32,000 nucleotides of DNA from an uncultured archaeon (GCA_964399875.1 CAYNRQ010000001.1:8800-40799); one strand, 5' to 3'. Positions 15,557-24,900 are shown, numbered from the stretch's first letter. Notes: a model not told the origin generated them from the sequence alone. Numbers and translations are program-made.

Positions 15557-16217
15557 GGAATAATATATTCTCCAGTTCTTCCTTTCCTTTGAAATCCTCA
15601 TACAATTTCCCTTCGATAATCAGGGACGGATAAATCGTTACATTGTAATGTATTTTCAATGTTTGCAAAGAAGGCTCATCAAGGTCCGCATCCAAAGCAA
15701 ATATCAGAAGATTCTCCTTGTATTTTCTTTTAAGATATGTTAGTATAAATCCCTGGTCATCACATCTGCTGCATTTTTTAGAAAAGAAATAGATTATTGT
15801 TTTTGTATCTGATCTGCATGATCTCTTTAGTTTGTTTGCGAGCAGCCAATAACCAACAAGCAGCCTTGAGTATTCCTTTTTAAGATCCATATATTCATTA
15901 TAATCCTGTATCTCACTCTCAGAACCATAGCTTGTTAGTTTTGAACCAATCTCATATGATTCATCATTTATATCTGATAGTGTTGCAGAAAGAAGGGGAC
16001 AGGTTGAATTCTCACCAAGAACATCAAAGAAAAGAAACTGAAGCTGAAAGTTCTCAACCAGTTTCGTGATTTCTCTCATATCCTTTTCAATGGAGCTAAG
16101 CCTCCCCTTGTTTATGGTATATCCTGTTAATATCCCCCCAGTAAATAAAAGGGCTGATATTACAATAGCTGAAATCAGTATTTTGGCATCAAATTTTTTT
16201 GGTTTTCCTCCGGGCAT
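15546..16217 (-). CDS. Membrane-anchored thioredoxin-fold protein (CxxC)
   Basis: Has an N-terminal TM (ILISAIVISALLFTGGIL). A thioredoxin-like pattern follows: IIYFFSKKCSRCDDQ..LLIFALDAD..VTIYPSLII, with a cis-Pro-like YPS. I prefer the ATG at 16217 (MPGGKPKKF), which removes most of the overlap with the GT2 gene. Confidence 0.55.
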   Translation of the reverse strand: MPGGKPKKFDAKILISAIVISALLFTGGILTGYTINKGRLSSIEKDMREITKLVENFQLQFLFFDVLGENSTCPLLSATLSDINDESYEIGSKLTSYGSESEIQDYNEYMDLKKEYSRLLVGYWLLANKLKRSCRSDTKTIIYFFSKKCSRCDDQGFILTYLKRKYKENLLIFALDADLDEPSLQTLKIHYNVTIYPSLIIEGKLYEDFKGKEELENILFPRG

Positions 16218-16246
16218 AATTAATTCTGCACACCATAATTTAAAAA

Positions 16247-17497
16247 TTACCACTTCCTCTTCAGGCCAATTACCTCGCACAGCATTGCCGCTGCCCAGAA
16301 AACCATATAGATAAATGGAAATATTATCAAATAAAGCAGATAGCCGGGTTTATTCGATCTTATGTTCTCATTGCTGAATCTGAAGCTTATATAAAGCAGG
16401 TAACCGCCCAAAAGCAAACCTATAGTGCCAAGAAGAAAGGGTGTATTAATAAAGGAACCAAAAAAGGTAAAGATATTCATTTTTTCAAATATGAGGGAAA
16501 AATCCCAGCCTATAAGTGACATCTTCCACACAGAGTCAGCTACCATAGTTCCGTAACTCCACACCAGGGATACAAAGATGGAAATTATTGCGATCACAGC
16601 AAGAAAGTTCATTGGAACAAAGAAGAATCCAAGATTTCCGTATTTCTTCCTGAAAAGCAGGTGCTTATACTTTATTGTATTCTGTATCGCACCCCTGTAC
16701 CACCTTAGTCTCTGCTTAAAAATAGCTTTCCATTTATCTGGACATACTGTATAGGATACAGCATTCAGGTTATTCTCTATCTTGTATCCATGCTCATGAA
16801 TCTTCAGGGCTATATCCATATCTTCTGTAAGATTGCCTTCCTCAAACCCGCCAACCTTTAAGAGAATATCCTTTCTGTATATAGAAAAAACACCGGGTGT
16901 TACGTGTATTGAATCAAGAAATGCTAGCATCTTCCTTAGGAATATATTAAGAAGGTATTCTGCATGCTGGGCTTTTTCAAGGAATTTTTTTGGTTTCCAG
17001 ACCTTTAATGCAGGAGTAACAGCTGCTATATCAGGGCTATCAAAATTATAAAGCATCTTTTTTAGTGCATCTCTTTCTACCAAGGAATCAGCATCAATAC
17101 ATGCAATATATTTTCCCTTGGCAATCCTTGTTGCCCTGTTTAAGGAATAGGCCTTTCCCCTGTTCCTTCTATTATTCAGTATTTTAACTCCCTTTCCCCT
17201 GAAGCCTTCTGCCATCTCTTTTGTGTCATCCGTTGAACAATCATTGATAACTATAATCTCTAAGAGCCTTTTGGGATAGTCCAGATTCAGAACAGATCTT
17301 ATGGTTTTAGATATAGTTTTCCCCTCATTATACGCTGGTATGAGAACAGACACAAAAGGCAGTTTTTTTAATTCTTTACCCTTGGATGAGAAATTATTTC
17401 TGTTCTGGAGCAACACAAGTATCCATACAACAGCTATAAATACAAATAGATACCAAGCAATATAATTCAGTATAATCGCCCACACCATGCTCACCAT
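16247..17497 (-). CDS. Family 2 glycosyltransferase, processive synthase type (IcaA/NodC/cellulose-synthase-like)
   Basis: Contains VLIPAYNE, INDCSTDDT, the DxD motif IDADS, and the QxxRW motif (QRLRWYRG). It has an N-terminal TM and several C-terminal TM segments. Confidence 0.85.
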   Translation of the reverse strand: MVSMVWAIILNYIAWYLFVFIAVVWILVLLQNRNNFSSKGKELKKLPFVSVLIPAYNEGKTISKTIRSVLNLDYPKRLLEIIVINDCSTDDTKEMAEGFRGKGVKILNNRRNRGKAYSLNRATRIAKGKYIACIDADSLVERDALKKMLYNFDSPDIAAVTPALKVWKPKKFLEKAQHAEYLLNIFLRKMLAFLDSIHVTPGVFSIYRKDILLKVGGFEEGNLTEDMDIALKIHEHGYKIENNLNAVSYTVCPDKWKAIFKQRLRWYRGAIQNTIKYKHLLFRKKYGNLGFFFVPMNFLAVIAIISIFVSLVWSYGTMVADSVWKMSLIGWDFSLIFEKMNIFTFFGSFINTPFLLGTIGLLLGGYLLYISFRFSNENIRSNKPGYLLYLIIFPFIYMVFWAAAMLCEVIGLKRKW

Positions 17498-17537
17498 TAT
17501 CTTATTAGTTTATATTTGTATTTCAGAAAATAAATAT

Positions 17538-18932
17538 ATGATTAAAAAAGACATAGGAAAAGTCGAATATATTATTCTAGGCCTGATACTTATCTCCCTG
17601 GCTTTAAAAGCCACACTTGTGCCATTCAATGAAGGATTGTGGTGGGATGAGGCAGTTTACATGGGCCTTGGAAGATCAATAACCCATGGTGTATATTCTT
17701 TAGAACCTGGAACATCCATAGAGACATTCAGGCCTTTTCTATTTCCATTTATCATATCCCCTTTATCAGGGCACTTATTCCTTGCAAGGATGTTTGTAGT
17801 TTTAATTTCTGCGGTCTCTGCAATCTCCGTGTACCTCCTGGCCAAGAAGATATTTGACCGCAGGACCGCTATATGGTCAGCATTCCTGCTCTCCACTTCC
17901 TACCTTTTTGTATTCTTCAGTACAAAGGCCCTAACAGAACCACTGTTCATAGCCATGCTTTCCTTCTCCATCCTTTTTTTCGCCAAAAGCACAGAGGATA
18001 AAAAGAAGAGATGGTTATTCCTGGCAGGGGTATTCGCAGGCCTCACATTCCTTACAAGGTATCTTGGCGTCATCCTGATCTTCAGCTATCTTATATACTA
18101 CATCTATCAGATCATAAGAGCCCATGGGTTTGAAAATATAAAGAGTCCAATAACCATTTTAATAGGTATCCTAATAACCCTCTCACCATGGTTCCTGCTC
18201 AATTATATTCATTATAATGATCCAATAGGAGGCTTTACTGAAAACTTTGCTGTTTATGCCAAGTCCAGCACCCAAACACTGGGCCAGGGCATATATGACA
18301 TATTCTCAGCATGGGGAGTAACAACACTTTTGGTGATAGGTTTGTTTTTTCTTTACAAAAAGAAAAAAATATCAAGACCTGTTGGTTTAATACTAATTCT
18401 TTTTGTTGTTACAATTTTGGCATACCTCCTCCTTCCACACAAAGAACCCAGATATATTCTTTCATTCTTCCCTGTATACGCTATACTTTGCGGTTTTGGA
18501 TTAAACAGTATCGGTGATAAATTCAAAACAGAAACTCTACTGAAAATTATTGTTATTATAATTTCAGTCTTAATCCTGTCCATATCCTTATATAAGATAT
18601 GGGATGACAGATTCGCTGCCAATGGGCTTGTCCAGGCATGCATAGACCTTAAGGGTTTAACTGATCCAAGCGAAAGGGTAATGGCAATATCCTATCCATA
18701 TATTTACTACCTTTCTGAAAGGAATGTAGCAGCATTTCCCGATGAATCAGACATCATCCAAACCCTTGACAAAAGAAATATAAAATACATCCTTGTTTAC
18801 AGATTCGAGCCTGAGAATCCTGAATATATAAACACTTTTTTTGATGAGGACGAAAGGTTTCAAAAAATAAAGACTTATGATCAATGGGGTCATTCAGAAA
18901 TAACCGTAATATACCGATATTCACCTTCCTAA
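17538..18932 (+). CDS. ArnT/PMT-like (GT39/GT83-type, GT-C fold) membrane glycosyltransferase
   Basis: Has the first-loop motif GLWWDEAVYMGLG, the FLTRYLG motif and more than 10 TM segments. I prefer the start at 17538 (MIKKDIGK), which leaves a 40-bp divergent promoter containing tttatattt. Confidence 0.75.
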   Translation: MIKKDIGKVEYIILGLILISLALKATLVPFNEGLWWDEAVYMGLGRSITHGVYSLEPGTSIETFRPFLFPFIISPLSGHLFLARMFVVLISAVSAISVYLLAKKIFDRRTAIWSAFLLSTSYLFVFFSTKALTEPLFIAMLSFSILFFAKSTEDKKKRWLFLAGVFAGLTFLTRYLGVILIFSYLIYYIYQIIRAHGFENIKSPITILIGILITLSPWFLLNYIHYNDPIGGFTENFAVYAKSSTQTLGQGIYDIFSAWGVTTLLVIGLFFLYKKKKISRPVGLILILFVVTILAYLLLPHKEPRYILSFFPVYAILCGFGLNSIGDKFKTETLLKIIVIIISVLILSISLYKIWDDRFAANGLVQACIDLKGLTDPSERVMAISYPYIYYLSERNVAAFPDESDIIQTLDKRNIKYILVYRFEPENPEYINTFFDEDERFQKIKTYDQWGHSEITVIYRYSPS

Positions 18933-20300
18933 GAAAACAAACTCCAGGGGCAACAGCCTTTCAGGCCCTGTGTGTTCTCCTGCGTATCTGAAAACAGTAA
19001 ACTTCCCTTCCCTGTGCATGAACTCAAAGTTATTCAGACCATCCATGTATTCTGTGTTTACGCCAGGAGGCCAGATCTCATAGTCTGAAACAATTGCATA
19101 ACCAATCCTGTAGCTATTTATATAATCCGAGAAATTGTTTATTCCGCTCCTCCATCTCTCCTTGTCCTCATAAAACCTTATACTCTTCTGCCCGCAATAG
19201 TTCCAGTACACCCAGTAGGGCGACATAACCATTGATTCATCTGGTATGTTATCCCCAACCCACACACATATATCATTTATCTCTGGAGCCTGCGCAGAGA
19301 ACGGGTTATAGTATATGTAAAAAGGAACCAGCAACAATGGCAATATAAATATCAGGGAATAAAAATACCTCCTGTACTCCACAACCCAAAACAGGCCATA
19401 ACCAGAGATAAGTGCGAACCCAGCAAAGCTGGGGATCATGTGCCTTGGAAACTTGTATGCTGAGAATGAAAGAATTATCAGAAAGACCAGAAACAAGGCC
19501 AAGGGGAAGGCAAACCTTTTCCTTTTCTTTGAAACAATCAGGCCTATGATAAAGAAGGGGATGAAAACAGAGTATATTATATGGAAATTAAGGAAATAGT
19601 AATAACCGGGTTTTGTAAGTGAATCCAAGGAAACAGAGGATTCCAGGCCTTTCTTAAACGATGTAAAACCATCCCCTGTGTACTGCTGATTGAACATAAC
19701 CCATGGGATTATAAGTGCAATGAAGATAACCACAGCAGCCCAGAACTCCTTTCTCCTTAAAAGAGAAAACCTCTTGTGTGCAAGATAGAGCAAAAGAGGA
19801 ATACAAACAAGTATCATTACATACCTTGTTAAAAACGCAGCGCCCATGAATATGCCAAAGGGATAAAGCCACTTCGGATTTTTAAAAGACCTGATGAATG
19901 ATAAAATGGCCAGAACCATAAAAACAAAAGCAGGAACATCTGAGTAAACCCCAGCGCTCCAAAAAACATAAACAGGGTTTATTGCCAAAAGGAATGCAGA
20001 GGCAATCCCCACCTTCTCATTAAACAATTCCTTTCCTAAATAGTATACACTGATTAAACCCACAACACCAAACAATGCCGATAGCATCCTTCCAAAAATC
20101 TCAGCAGGGTAGACAGCAAGCATAGCTGACCATCCGGGGGCCAGGGACCACTCAAAGAAACCCACACCATACCTGAAAACCCTTGCATTGGTGAAAAAGG
20201 TTGCAGTATCCCACAAAACTATGGGATATGAAAATGATAGAATCAGGTAGAAAACAAAAACAACCAAAAAGAACACGGGCAAGATTTTTTTGATATCCAT
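18921..20300 (-). CDS. ArnT/PMT-like (GT-C) membrane glycosyltransferase paralogue
   Basis: It is polytopic with the FLTRYVM motif and a first-loop LWDTATF, and has a C-terminal soluble domain. Confidence 0.65.
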   Translation of the reverse strand: MDIKKILPVFFLVVFVFYLILSFSYPIVLWDTATFFTNARVFRYGVGFFEWSLAPGWSAMLAVYPAEIFGRMLSALFGVVGLISVYYLGKELFNEKVGIASAFLLAINPVYVFWSAGVYSDVPAFVFMVLAILSFIRSFKNPKWLYPFGIFMGAAFLTRYVMILVCIPLLLYLAHKRFSLLRRKEFWAAVVIFIALIIPWVMFNQQYTGDGFTSFKKGLESSVSLDSLTKPGYYYFLNFHIIYSVFIPFFIIGLIVSKKRKRFAFPLALFLVFLIILSFSAYKFPRHMIPSFAGFALISGYGLFWVVEYRRYFYSLIFILPLLLVPFYIYYNPFSAQAPEINDICVWVGDNIPDESMVMSPYWVYWNYCGQKSIRFYEDKERWRSGINNFSDYINSYRIGYAIVSDYEIWPPGVNTEYMDGLNNFEFMHREGKFTVFRYAGEHTGPERLLPLEFVFLGR

Positions 20301-20331
20301 ATAACTTATATATTAAAATAATAAATTAAAT

Positions 20332-21714
20332 ATGCTTCTGCCATGCCCATTTAAATCAAACAAGAAAACTCTTTTTCTGTTGCTAATTTTTCTATACTTC
20401 TCCATGAGGTTCATATTCTTTGATGCAAGCTATCTGTTTAATGATGAGGCTGCTTATGTTCACAATGCCTACTGGTTCTCAGGAACCGAACCGTTCTTTA
20501 ATGAAATAAGCTTCAGGCCTCCCCTTGTTTCTTTTATGCTTTCGCCAATAATCCTCCTAACCCGGACAGAAACAATAATAAAGATATATCCTGTCATCCT
20601 GAACTTCCTGGCAGTGATTGCAGTTTACCTCCTGGGAAGAGAGATAAATGAAAGGGTTGGTGTACTGGCGGCAATAATAATAGCACTGTTTCCTTTCCAC
20701 ATCCAGACAAGCAGATGGATTATGACAGACACCCCAATGATAGCCTTCGCTGCCCTTGCCATGCTTTTCTATTACAAGGGCCTTAAAAACAAGAACATGA
20801 AACAATCCATTATAGGAGGAATCTTCCTCACCCTTACAGCACTAACCAAGTTCACAGGCCTTTTCCTCATATTCGTTCTGATCCCTTTATTTGCCTTCTT
20901 CATAAAAGGGAATGCAAAAAACATCTTGATAAGCCTTGCCACTGCCCTGCTGGTTGCATCCCCATACCTTGCCATGAACTACATTATTTTTGGCAATCCT
21001 GCCCTGCCCCTGGAAAAGGGATCAGCCATGGCCATGGGAGAGATGCCCATGAACGTGCCTGTTGTCTTATGGAGCGTGTATGATTTCTTCGGGGCCCTGT
21101 TTCTGATAACCCTTGCTGTATCCATATTCCTTGGAATAAAATCAAGGGAAAGGTACAAGCTCTTCCTTATCTACATGTTCGCTGCCATGCTCTTCCTTTA
21201 CTTTTTCCTTATGGGAAGGGGGGTTGCTGTGCCTACGGGTATAGAATGGGAGATCGAGAGGATATTAATCCCTGCCCTGCCCTTCGCCGCTGTTCTTGTT
21301 TCAGACCTTTTGTTAAAAATCAAGAACCCACAAAAAATCATAACAGCGTTCCTTGTTGTTTTTATGATCTCTATGCATCCACAGTACATAAGGGCCTACA
21401 CCCCTGCTGTGGATCTTGAGAACGGCCTTAGAAATGCAACAGTAACAGCAGGAGAATATGTAAGCCAAAATCTCCCACCCGGTTCTGTTTACTACTGCAA
21501 CTTTAACTGCCCGTCCATAGCCTATTACATAAAAAGGAAAATGATTGTTTTCGAACACTGGACAGATGGATTCTGGGACACCCTGCCGGAAAGCCCTTAC
21601 CTGGTTTTTTACACAAACCAGCCACCAAGCAGGAAAGAAATATCCTCCAGAGGATTCTATGATATGAAAGTATTTGATTTCCAGAACTATTCCATAATAG
21701 TATGGAAGAGATGA
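20332..21714 (+). CDS. ArnT/PMT-like (GT-C) membrane glycosyltransferase paralogue
   Basis: Has the first-loop motif LFNDEAAYVHNAYW and the ALTKFTG motif. It is polytopic with a C-terminal soluble domain. Confidence 0.7.
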   Translation: MLLPCPFKSNKKTLFLLLIFLYFSMRFIFFDASYLFNDEAAYVHNAYWFSGTEPFFNEISFRPPLVSFMLSPIILLTRTETIIKIYPVILNFLAVIAVYLLGREINERVGVLAAIIIALFPFHIQTSRWIMTDTPMIAFAALAMLFYYKGLKNKNMKQSIIGGIFLTLTALTKFTGLFLIFVLIPLFAFFIKGNAKNILISLATALLVASPYLAMNYIIFGNPALPLEKGSAMAMGEMPMNVPVVLWSVYDFFGALFLITLAVSIFLGIKSRERYKLFLIYMFAAMLFLYFFLMGRGVAVPTGIEWEIERILIPALPFAAVLVSDLLLKIKNPQKIITAFLVVFMISMHPQYIRAYTPAVDLENGLRNATVTAGEYVSQNLPPGSVYYCNFNCPSIAYYIKRKMIVFEHWTDGFWDTLPESPYLVFYTNQPPSRKEISSRGFYDMKVFDFQNYSIIVWKR

Positions 21715-21723
21715 TAAATCTTT

Positions 21724-21987
21724 TCAGTCTGAGCTATATATCTTTCTCCTTCTCACCCTGTCCAGAATGAATATCATAGCAGCATGTCTGACAATCACGA
21801 ATGCTGTAGCTATATAGAGCAACAACGGTTTTATAGCACTAACATCCTTATACCATGCCATTATGAAAAGAAACGCGATCGCATTTGAGAATTCAAATGC
21901 ATAAAATTCCCTTTTCCGAACACCTGTAAGTAAAGCAAAGAATGGAAGCAGCCATAAACTGAACTGCGGGGAGAATACCTTGTTCAA
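21724..21987 (-). pseudogene. Possible C-terminal remnant of a polytopic membrane protein, or a TTG-initiated small membrane protein
   Basis: The ORF opens directly after an in-frame TGA (22002-22000). Its first possible start is the TTG at 21987, and there is no in-frame ATG before residue 53. It has two or three TM-like segments (SPQFSLWLLPFFALL..). Confidence 0.3.
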
Positions 21988-22022
21988 CAGGAGGAATATT
22001 CAGATCTCTAGCAGAGTGGAAG

Positions 22023-24275
22023 TTAGCCCTTCGCCGCAGCGGTCTTGAACCACTTAAACCATTCATGATATATTCTTTCTGGATCAGAATAACCAATTTC
22101 ATTCCTTACCCTTTCAGCTATGAGGTGATACTGGGAATTGGATCTAACAACCCATTCAGCCTCGATAAGTTCTGGTTTTTTAAGCTTATCCGCCATCTCA
22201 ACCATAACCTTCTTGATTCTTCCTCTCAGTTTGATGTTCTCCCATACAGCGTCCCAGTTGCCGGACCATTCCTTTACATAGGATGAAACCCTGTTAAGTA
22301 TCTCTGATTCACCATTAGCAAAAACATCTGTTGGCTTTAATGCGTCATCCTTGCTTGAGTATTCCATAAGATTTACAAAACAGCCCTCCTTTAAAGGGTC
22401 TGTTTCCCATGCCTTCCTGACTTCTGTTATCTCTGTTATCCTCCTGAACCTGTGCAGCCCGTCAGCTGATCTCAGCATCTTGCATATAGGTATTATATCA
22501 GTTGCCTTAAAGGACGTGGGCGGCACCCCAAGATCATTAACAACCCTGTCATAGACACCATAAGCACTCTCTCCGTGTATTGTCCCAGCAACCACATTGG
22601 ACAAGGCCCCTATCCTCATTGCCTCATAAAGGGCCTTGGCCTCCACAGACCTGACCTCACCTACGATCAAAGAAGAGTCGCCAAGCCTCAGTGCTGTCCT
22701 TAATGCCTCATCCGCAGGCATCTCTGTCTCAACCCTTGTTATAACAGACCTTGATTTCAACCTCTCTATATTGTATTTCAATTCCCTTAACTGTTCTACC
22801 GGAAGCTCCAGGGTATCCTCTATGGTCACAACCCTTACCTTTGGCAGTATCTCAAGCATAAGAGCCCCCAGCACAGATGTTTTCCCTGCTGACCTGCCCC
22901 CTGCAACAAGCATAGATACAGCCCCATCCACAAAAAAGCTTAATAATCCAGCCCCCAGGGGATTGATCATCTTGTTCTTTATAAACAAAGGAAGTGTCCA
23001 TGGTTTATCTCTGTGCCTCCTTATAGCAAAGGCCAGCCCTTCTGGAGACAGTGTTCTTGTGATAATAGCAAACCTTGCCTTTCCTCCAGGCACACCAATA
23101 TCTGTATCCAGAACAGGATTCGCCTCGTCCAGGGGCCTGCCACTTTGTATTCTCAGCCTGGTGGCCCATGCCTCAGCATCATCCATTGTTGGTATAAGAT
23201 TGGTTTTGCATTCTTCAAAGTCCTGATGAAATATAAGAATAGGCTGTTTCTCTACAGGAGAATTTATATACAAATCCTGTATCTTTTCATCATTAAGCAG
23301 AATCTCTAAAACACCAAGACCAGCAGTATACCTTGTTAGTATTGTTGCAAGCTGGTCCAATTCCTTTACAGTAAGGGAAACATGCATCTGATCAGCCATT
23401 TCCCTTATCATGTCCTTTCCTATATTATAGAAGACCTCCCTTACCCTTTTGGATCTGACAAACTCTGCTGTTTTCGGTCTGTGTGTTGCCATATACCTCC
23501 TTGCCGCATCAAGAACAGAGTACTTCTCTTCAGAGAGTCTGAACTCCGGAGGAAGGATATGATAAAAATATTCTGCTCTGTGTGGAAGCTTGAAGATCTC
23601 AACCTTGGTATCCCCAACCTCATACCTATCCACACTCTTTCCACCCTCAGGTGGTGTTATCATGTACTTTGTGAGCATGAAATTCGGCCTTATACTCGGG
23701 ATAAATATCTGTCTGTAAAGGCTTCTATCTCCTATATGATAACCTGCCAGGTGCGGTTTGGCTGTCTTGATTATTTTTGTCGCTTCCAGTTTGTCTTTCA
23801 AAACACCCAGAACCTTTTCCATATATTTTTTATAACACCTGTGGCAGATGGCAGATGTTGTTTTCTTCATTTCTGTTTTTGCACGTCTTATCTCCCTTAT
23901 AACCTCCACATACGCACCAATAGGATCCTTCCTTAAGAGATCAAGCACAATATACTGCAGATTAGAATTCCTGTCAGGATAACATCTGCTGCACTTCTCA
24001 TAAACCATATTGGCCTGGGAAAGAATCTTCTCCCTGATCACATATTCTATAACACCTGCAATCTCTGACAGCATCTTGACCTGATTAAAATCATATTCAT
24101 ATTCCCTTGTCCTGACAAGGGTAACAGAGGTGACCTTCTTTGTTTCAAGCAGGGCATCTATAACCCTGGACATGCATCTTGGATAATCCTCAATAGAGGA
24201 CCCGAATAAACACCCTAAACAGTTTATCCTTATCTTCAATTTATCTTCATCATATTCATAGTCACAAACAGCCAT
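22023..24275 (-). CDS. Archaeal type II/IV secretion (PilB/FlaI/VirB11-family) ATPase with a Cys-rich N-terminal extension of about 330 aa
   Basis: Contains Walker A GGRSAGKTS, VVTIEDTLELP, SLIVGEVRSVEA, the His-box GTIHGES, and RFAIITRTLSPEGLAFAIRRH. The N-terminus carries CLGC, CSRC and CHRC pairs. Confidence 0.9.
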   Translation of the reverse strand: MAVCDYEYDEDKLKIRINCLGCLFGSSIEDYPRCMSRVIDALLETKKVTSVTLVRTREYEYDFNQVKMLSEIAGVIEYVIREKILSQANMVYEKCSRCYPDRNSNLQYIVLDLLRKDPIGAYVEVIREIRRAKTEMKKTTSAICHRCYKKYMEKVLGVLKDKLEATKIIKTAKPHLAGYHIGDRSLYRQIFIPSIRPNFMLTKYMITPPEGGKSVDRYEVGDTKVEIFKLPHRAEYFYHILPPEFRLSEEKYSVLDAARRYMATHRPKTAEFVRSKRVREVFYNIGKDMIREMADQMHVSLTVKELDQLATILTRYTAGLGVLEILLNDEKIQDLYINSPVEKQPILIFHQDFEECKTNLIPTMDDAEAWATRLRIQSGRPLDEANPVLDTDIGVPGGKARFAIITRTLSPEGLAFAIRRHRDKPWTLPLFIKNKMINPLGAGLLSFFVDGAVSMLVAGGRSAGKTSVLGALMLEILPKVRVVTIEDTLELPVEQLRELKYNIERLKSRSVITRVETEMPADEALRTALRLGDSSLIVGEVRSVEAKALYEAMRIGALSNVVAGTIHGESAYGVYDRVVNDLGVPPTSFKATDIIPICKMLRSADGLHRFRRITEITEVRKAWETDPLKEGCFVNLMEYSSKDDALKPTDVFANGESEILNRVSSYVKEWSGNWDAVWENIKLRGRIKKVMVEMADKLKKPELIEAEWVVRSNSQYHLIAERVRNEIGYSDPERIYHEWFKWFKTAAAKG

Positions 24276-24420
24276 ATTTTATTATTTTATTTCATACTAA
24301 TAAAACTGAACGTACAATCCAATCAACCTTTTATTTAACCCATCCAAATAATAATATAGTATATGAAATTGCCTGACACTTGAAGCTGCCTTTGCCCACT
24401 GAATGCAAGAAAGTGGGGCG

Positions 24421-24430
24421 CTTATAAATC
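24421..24430 (+). promoter_or_regulatory. TATA-like box (cttataaatc) for the coiled-coil gene pair
   Basis: It lies about 35 nt upstream of the ATG at 24460. That ATG has GGAGG (24451-24455) 4 nt upstream. The same cttataaatc 10-mer recurs upstream of the zinc-ribbon gene at 31916-31925 (minus strand). Confidence 0.4.
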
Positions 24431-24459
24431 AGGCCTTTAACAGTTTATGTGGAGGCATT

Positions 24460-24873
24460 ATGCCAGTTTTTAAAAGACAGCCCAAAACAACCCTTCGTAC
24501 TGTGATTAATGAATTAGTGGACAGATCCAACACCAACACAAAAAGATTAAGGGTACTTGAGCAGGAGAATGAAATACTGAAAACAAGGGTCAATTCCTTA
24601 GAGAAAGGCATTCTGGATCAGAAAAAGGAAATTAATAAACTAGTTGCAGACCTTAATAACAAGCTGACAAAGATGGATCAAAAGATAGTGAAGCTGGAAA
24701 GAACAGCAAAGCAAATGATCAATGAGATTAAAAAGCTTGTGTCCACAGCCAAGATAAAAGAGCTCGAGGATTTAATACAAATATACAGCCCTTTGAAGTC
24801 CAAATTTATCACAAGAGAGGAACTGGAAAGAATACTGGAAGAAAAGAAGGGAGGAAATCAAATTAATAAATAA
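24460..24873 (+). CDS. Coiled-coil protein of unknown function
   Basis: It is heptad-rich (LRVLEQENEILKTRVNSLEKGILDQKKEINKLVADLNNKL..). I moved the start from 24403 to the internal ATG at 24460 because of the GGAGG SD and the TATA box. Confidence 0.65.
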   Translation: MPVFKRQPKTTLRTVINELVDRSNTNTKRLRVLEQENEILKTRVNSLEKGILDQKKEINKLVADLNNKLTKMDQKIVKLERTAKQMINEIKKLVSTAKIKELEDLIQIYSPLKSKFITREELERILEEKKGGNQINK

Positions 24874-24900
24874 CAAAAACAAAAATATTAAAAGGTTACT

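Noticed and set aside
21893-22102. A 69-aa minus-strand ORF spanning the ATPase stop region.
   Set aside because: It overlaps the ATPase C-terminus in another frame and has no start context or motifs.
22636-23226. A 196-aa plus-strand ORF inside the ATPase gene, with several others between 22065 and 23936.
   Set aside because: It is antisense to the conserved Walker A/B region and is S/L/P-rich and low-complexity. I consider it a shadow ORF.
24403-24459. Longer N-terminal extensions offered by the ORF track: 24403 for the coiled-coil gene, 17487 for the GT-C gene, 16280 for the thioredoxin-fold gene and 8122 for nrdG.
   Set aside because: In each case an internal ATG is better supported, by an SD and/or TATA box, and it removes an overlap with the neighbouring gene or promoter. 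The extensions look non-coding, for example MQESGALINQAFNSLCGGI.
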